Shown in pieces: positions 59,277-64,000 of a stretch of DNA of 64,000 bases (within the stretch, counting starts at the first letter, position 1; each line of letters opens with the position of its first letter). Where the stretch lies: contig JBQPWD010000002.1 of the NCBI GenBank assembly GCA_052246995.1, positions 1 to 64,000 of the forward strand, written 5' to 3'. Source of the stretch: Candidatus Bathyarchaeota archaeon (GTDB taxonomy: Archaea > Thermoproteota > Bathyarchaeia > Hecatellales > Hecatellaceae). A model generated the notes under the pieces. The model saw only the letters and a program-made list of their open reading frames with translations. It did not search any database and had not been told where the DNA came from. The position numbers and the translations under genes were made by a program.

Positions 59277-59594
59277 TTAAATAACAGTTGGAGATTTACC
59301 TTTCACGCTTTCTATTTTTTCAATGTTTTGAATTTGCATATCAAGCCACTTTTTAAGTTCTACCGCGGCTAAAGGGCTTAAAATAACTTCTGCTTTTATT
59401 TCTCTTATAATTGAAGGTTTATCGGAAACGTTTTCTCCATAAACTAGGTAGTCAGTAAAAAATGCTATTCTTAAGTCGTATCTATAGACACCTCCAACAG
59501 CTCCAGTGACGTAGATTCTTTTGAAATCTTCTGAATATTTTATTTTTAATGGTATCTGTGTTTCATTCTTGTTTTCTTCTTTTTGATTTACCAT
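59277..59594 (-). CDS. Conserved hypothetical protein, DUF3467-like
   Basis: IYVTGA.GG....DLRIAF...EVILSP..A..L..WL pattern. Confidence 0.6.
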   Translation of the reverse strand: MVNQKEENKNETQIPLKIKYSEDFKRIYVTGAVGGVYRYDLRIAFFTDYLVYGENVSDKPSIIREIKAEVILSPLAAVELKKWLDMQIQNIEKIESVKGKSPTVI

Positions 59595-59861
59595 ATCACT
59601 TCACTAATAACCTAAAACTTTATAATAGTATTTAACTTCGCTTATCATTCTAAGGTGTTGGTTTGAATGAATAGTAACCTTAGAACTTTATTACAAGCTT
59701 TTTAATTAAACCTTTAACTACTGAAATTTTTAACAAGTTTTTGATTTAACCTGTCTAGTTTTTAATGTTAAAGTTTGAAAAGTAAATCTCTACTTTACCA
59801 TTTCTTTCTTGCTTAAAATTTTATCTATTATTCCTCTAAACCACTTTTTTGGTGTTTTAAT

Positions 59862-60692
59862 GTGGCTTTGCTGGAGAGTTCTAAAAAGACAACTTTGAAA
59901 GCGGGTAGGAAAGCTTTAGCTCTTGGAAGAGTATTTTCCATCCGGTTTGAAGATTTTTCATTTCTTATACCATTAAGTTTAATGCTTCTTTTTTGGGAAT
60001 CTTTATTAAGATTAAATGTTGTTTCGTCAGAAGTTTTGCCAGCACCTTCTCAGATTTTACTTGCACTTTTATTAAATCTTTTAACAAAACCGGAATTTAC
60101 AGCTAGCGTTTTTATAAGTCTTTTAACCATTGGTCTTGGGCTTGTTATTGCTATTTTAGTTACTCTTCCGCTTGCAATTGTAACAGGTCTAAAGGCTAGA
60201 ATTGATGTTTCCATTACACCGTTAATAATGGTTGTTGGCGCTTTACCTGATGTTGCTTTAATGCCTTTCTTCATCTATTGGTTTGGAAAAGGTATGGAAA
60301 CAGCTTTATTGATAGCTGTAATGGTAGCCTTCTTCCCGCTATTCTTTACGTTAAGGGAGGGTGTAAAACACATACCCTCCGACTACTTTCACGCTGCAAT
60401 GGTGTTTAATGCTGAAGGGTTAAAGTTTTTTACGAAGCTTGTTTTTCCAGCAATTCTTCCACAGTTTATAACAGGAGTTAGGCTTGCATACGAGTTTTTA
60501 TGGGAGGTAATATTAGCTGTTGAGGTTATAGCAAGAATTAATGGTGTAGGTTTTCTTATAACTCTTGCAGTTGGGGAAGGTTCTCTTACCCAAGCTTTTG
60601 CAGGTATTTTCATGATTGGTGTCATAGTTATACTTGTCGACAGGCTTATTTTTCAAGTTATGGAAAGCAGAGTGAAGAGGTGGCATGAATGA
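59862..60692 (+). CDS. ABC transporter permease, NitT/TauT/SsuC family
   Basis: LFWE, LPAPSQI, EAA-like loop, PAILP...TG.R, G.G. Confidence 0.88.
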   Translation: MALLESSKKTTLKAGRKALALGRVFSIRFEDFSFLIPLSLMLLFWESLLRLNVVSSEVLPAPSQILLALLLNLLTKPEFTASVFISLLTIGLGLVIAILVTLPLAIVTGLKARIDVSITPLIMVVGALPDVALMPFFIYWFGKGMETALLIAVMVAFFPLFFTLREGVKHIPSDYFHAAMVFNAEGLKFFTKLVFPAILPQFITGVRLAYEFLWEVILAVEVIARINGVGFLITLAVGEGSLTQAFAGIFMIGVIVILVDRLIFQVMESRVKRWHE

Positions 60693-61516
60693 CAAGGGTT
60701 TTAGAAGCCAAAAACATAGCAAAATACCATGAAACCATTAATGGTAGACATTTTCCAACTCTGGAAAAAATATCCTTTGATGTAAAGAAAAAAGAATTTT
60801 TATGTGTTGTTGGTCCAAGTGGTTGTGGAAAATCAACGTTGCTAAAAATACTAGCTGGACTTGAAAAACCATCTCATGGTGAGGTTAGACTTTATGGTGA
60901 ACCTATTAAATCTCCTCATCCCAAGATTAGCATGGTTTTCCAGAATTTTGCACTTTTTCCATGGAGAACTGTTATCCAAAACATTGAGTTTGGTTTAGAA
61001 ATGCAGGGTATGCCTAAACCTATGCGTAGAAAAATTGCTGAAGAATTTGTAAATCTTATGGGTTTGAAAGGTTATGAGAATGCTTACCCTAAGGATCTTT
61101 CAGGTGGGATGAAGCAGAGGGTTGCTATTGCTAGAGCTTTAGCGGTTGACCCTGATGTTGTTTTAATGGATGAGGCTTTTAGCGCTATAGACGAGTATAC
61201 TGCTCAAGTGCTGAGAAGTGAGGTTTTAGAATTATGGGAGGGTTGTGAAAAAAGTTTTATCCTTGTAACTCATAATCTTGCTGAAGCTTTAGAAATGGGT
61301 GACAGAATAATAGTTTTAACAAGAAAGCCCGCAAAGGTTAAACATGTTTACCCTGTAAACCTTAAAAGGCCTAGAACAAGGTCTCACTCTAAATTTTTAA
61401 AATGTCTTAAAGAACTTTTTACACTGCTTGAGGGTGAGCTTGAACATGTTGTTGTTAAACATAAGCTTAGAAGCATCTATGAGCATCATAAGATTGATGA
61501 CATGGAAAATTACTAA
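60689..61516 (+). CDS. ABC transporter ATP-binding protein, NitT/TauT family
   Basis: GPSGCGKST, FQ..ALFPWRTV, LSGGMKQR, LMDE, VTH. Confidence 0.93.
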   Translation: MTRVLEAKNIAKYHETINGRHFPTLEKISFDVKKKEFLCVVGPSGCGKSTLLKILAGLEKPSHGEVRLYGEPIKSPHPKISMVFQNFALFPWRTVIQNIEFGLEMQGMPKPMRRKIAEEFVNLMGLKGYENAYPKDLSGGMKQRVAIARALAVDPDVVLMDEAFSAIDEYTAQVLRSEVLELWEGCEKSFILVTHNLAEALEMGDRIIVLTRKPAKVKHVYPVNLKRPRTRSHSKFLKCLKELFTLLEGELEHVVVKHKLRSIYEHHKIDDMENY

Positions 61517-61522
61517 ATGTTT

Positions 61523-61729
61523 TTAAGCCAATTTTTTTAATGCTTCAACATTTTCTTGATGTTTTGACTTTCTTCTTTCATCAACATAGATTCCAAGTTT
61601 TCTTGCTTTATCTATGGATAATCCAGCCTCCTTCAACTCTCCAATAGAAAATCCTCTTCCAATCCTAGTTTTGAAGGAAACTTTTAAACACCTAGTAACT
61701 ATAGGTTTAGGGGTTTCAACTTTACTCAA
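61523..61729 (-). CDS. rpl13e: 50S ribosomal protein L13e
   Basis: [15 protein letters not shown]....ARKLGI.VD.RRKS.H..NV..L. Confidence 0.93.
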   Translation of the reverse strand: MSKVETPKPIVTRCLKVSFKTRIGRGFSIGELKEAGLSIDKARKLGIYVDERRKSKHQENVEALKKLA

Positions 61730-62376
61730 CTTTCATTCATCAAAATTTTATTTGCAAACTCGCTTAAATCTTTAACGACAAATTTTTTGTTTAAATTGTT
61801 AATTTTTCCAAATCTATCAAGAAGGTATGTTTTAATTCCAATTTTTCTGGGGGTTTCAAAATCATCTATTAATCTATCTCCAACATGGACGATTTCCCAA
61901 GGATTAACGTTTAAAATTTCACAAATCTTTTTGTAGAATTCAACATTCTTTTTTGTGGTTTTAAAGTCTGATGTTGCTGAAAAGGTATGTTTAAAGTATA
62001 CTTTAATTTCTCTGGTTAAAAATTCTATGAATTCCTTGGCAGAGTTTGAAGTTAAAATTAATGTAAACTTTTTATTTAGAAGGTTTAGGACACTTTTAAC
62101 TTCAGGATATACTTGTACTTTATCCTTATATGTGTTAAACAAGTTTTTTACGTCTGAAAGCCCAAACTTGTTAAACCAGTACATTACATCATACCATTCG
62201 ATACGTTCCTCTCCAACTTTCATATACTCGTTTAAAACAATTCTTTTTGCATCCTCAAATTTTAAACCAGTTTTTTGAGCATAAAGTAAAGGTATTCCTT
62301 CATTCCAGACTTTATCGCTAAAGTCTATGTTTACAAGTGTCCCCTCCAAGTCAAATGAGACTATTTTACTCATCAA
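61726..62376 (-). CDS. HAD-superfamily hydrolase (subfamily IA)
   Basis: FDLEGTL, TSN, K, HVGD...DD. Confidence 0.88.
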   Translation of the reverse strand: MMSKIVSFDLEGTLVNIDFSDKVWNEGIPLLYAQKTGLKFEDAKRIVLNEYMKVGEERIEWYDVMYWFNKFGLSDVKNLFNTYKDKVQVYPEVKSVLNLLNKKFTLILTSNSAKEFIEFLTREIKVYFKHTFSATSDFKTTKKNVEFYKKICEILNVNPWEIVHVGDRLIDDFETPRKIGIKTYLLDRFGKINNLNKKFVVKDLSEFANKILMNES

Positions 62377-62518
62377 TATTAACTATGAAGCCTAAAAAGA
62401 TAAAAGTTAAATAGACTTCTACGTTTTAATTAGAACCTAACCTATGCTGGTGTAGTTTTTAGCCGTAGTAAAATATCTTCTCAGGTGTATTGTCCCAGCC
62501 TTGTTGGGAGGTTTAGTT

Positions 62519-64000
62519 ATGGAGGGAAATATATACGAAGAGCTTAAACCACTCTTCTATCCTAACTCTGTTGCTGTTGTTGGTGCAACTGAAACTGTTG
62601 GCAAGTATGGTTTTAACACATTTTTCAACCTGATTTCTGGAGGATTTAAGGGAAAAATTTATCCCGTAAATAATAGGGTTGATAAAGTTTTAGGGTTTAA
62701 GGCTTATAAAAGTGTTAAGGATATTCCTGAAGATTTGGATTTGGTTGTGGTTGTTGTTCCAGCGTTGCAGGTTCCAGTAGTCATGGAGGATTGTGTTGAG
62801 AAAAACGTTAAAGCTTGTATTATTATTTCAGCAGGTTTCAGGGAAACTGGAAATGAGGGTAAGAAGCTGGAGGATGAGGTTGTTAACATTGCAAGGAGGG
62901 GTGGGATAAGGATTGTTGGACCTAATTGTATGGGAACGTTTAACACAACAATAAATCTTAACGTTTTAATGGCTTCCTTCCCCCTAGACTTTTCAAGCTT
63001 TAAAGGTAAAATATCCTTCGTTTCTCAAAGTGGAAATCTTGGTACAAACATGGTTATTTGGGGGCTTATGAGGGGGATAGGATTTAATAAGTTTGTTAGT
63101 AGTGGTAATGAGGCTGACCTTACATGTGAAGATTTTATAGAGTACTTTAGCTGTGACCCTGAAACTGAGGTTATTATGGCGTATATTGAAGGTTTTAAGC
63201 CTAATTCAAGATTTCCAAGGTTGGCTAAGGAGGTTACAAGAAAAAAGCCTTTAGTTGTACTTAAGACGGGAGCAACAGAAGCTGGGGCGAAAGCGGCAAG
63301 GTCTCATGTTGGAGCTATGGCTGCTAGAGATGAAATTGTTGATGCACTTTTTAGGCAAACAGGTGTTGTTAGAGTTTATGATATTGAAGAGTTTTTTGAT
63401 ACAGCTGTAGCTTTTGCAAACCAACCTTTACCTAAGGGTAAAAGGGTTGGAATAGTTACAGGTGGAGGTGGTTGGGGTGTTGTTTGTGCTGATATGTGTG
63501 GTAAACTTGGTTTAAGTGTTGCTTCTCTGAGTAGGGAAACTATAGAAAGAATGGATAGGTTTCTACCAAGCTACTGGAGTAGGTCCAACCCTGTTGATAC
63601 TGTTGCAATAACAGATCCTGCCATCCAGTTTAAATGTGTTGAAACGGTTATGAGTGATGAAAATGTTGATGGAGTAATTTATCTTGGTTTTGGTTGGGCT
63701 CAGAGTCTTCTTGAAAGATTCAAAAGATCCCCTTACATTAAAAACTTAGATCTATCAGTGTTCAACAAGTTTATCGAAGTTGAGTCTGACGTAGCTAGGA
63801 AGATTGTAAGTCTTGTAAAGGAGACTGGTAAACCTGTTTATGTTGCCACCTTAGCCGTAGGTACGAATGCCCCATCGTTAAGTATTTTAGAGTCTAATGG
63901 TGTTCCTGTTTATCCTACCCCTGATAGAGCTGCAAAGGTTTTTGCTAGAACATCAACCTACAAGCTTTATCTTGATAAGATTAAAAAAGTTGAAGGTAAG
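62519..64000 (+). CDS. acdA: ADP-forming acetate/acyl-CoA ligase alpha subunit, truncated by the window end and missing from the ORF track
   Basis: MEGNIYEELKPLFYPNSVAVVGAT..., ISAGFRETG, GPNCMG, SQSG, SSGNEAD, ARSHVGA (phospho-His), NPVD; frame open to 64000. Confidence 0.92.
   Translation, partial: MEGNIYEELKPLFYPNSVAVVGATETVGKYGFNTFFNLISGGFKGKIYPVNNRVDKVLGFKAYKSVKDIPEDLDLVVVVVPALQVPVVMEDCVEKNVKACIIISAGFRETGNEGKKLEDEVVNIARRGGIRIVGPNCMGTFNTTINLNVLMASFPLDFSSFKGKISFVSQSGNLGTNMVIWGLMRGIGFNKFVSSGNEADLTCEDFIEYFSCDPETEVIMAYIEGFKPNSRFPRLAKEVTRKKPLVVLKTGATEAGAKAARSHVGAMAARDEIVDALFRQTGVVRVYDIEEFFDTAVAFANQPLPKGKRVGIVTGGGGWGVVCADMCGKLGLSVASLSRETIERMDRFLPSYWSRSNPVDTVAITDPAIQFKCVETVMSDENVDGVIYLGFGWAQSLLERFKRSPYIKNLDLSVFNKFIEVESDVARKIVSLVKETGKPVYVATLAVGTNAPSLSILESNGVPVYPTPDRAAKVFARTSTYKLYLDKIKKVEGK

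Noticed and set aside
1-64000. CRISPR arrays, rRNA, transposases/integrases, Sec/Pyl read-through
   Set aside because: No regularly spaced repeats, no long GC-rich RNA gene, no recombinase motifs and no in-frame stop splitting a recognisable gene were seen by eye

Overview
AT-rich archaeal chromosomal segment. CdvA/ESCRT-III, rpL13e, Cren7-like zinc ribbons, SepCysS and methanopterin genes point to a TACK archaeon, most likely Bathyarchaeia (inference). It holds about 68 mostly housekeeping or metabolic CDSs (class II RNR, DnaJ, Thi4, SepCysS, LeuA/LeuB, ValRS, NurA-HerA, AOR, a four-subunit 2-oxoacid:ferredoxin oxidoreductase, an AbfD-like dehydratase, RibK/RibL, Dph5, HisG, TFB, RpoE/Spt4, ADP-forming acyl-CoA ligase). 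There are five tRNAs (Arg-CCT, intron-containing Ile-GAT, Cys-GCA, Ser-CGA, Pro-CGG), two box C/D guide sRNAs, one small zinc-ribbon ORF missing from the ORF track, and decayed gene fragments next to several tRNAs. No CRISPR array, rRNA or intact mobile element was seen. The strongest candidate for a new system is 52574-55185: a protein combining a Cren7-like zinc ribbon, a CdvB-type winged helix and a C-terminal amphipathic helix lies directly upstream of cdvA, followed by a minimal FtsX/FtsE-like ABC pair. This suggests a chromatin-divisome-membrane adaptor. All family assignments come from motifs recognised by eye; no database searches were run.
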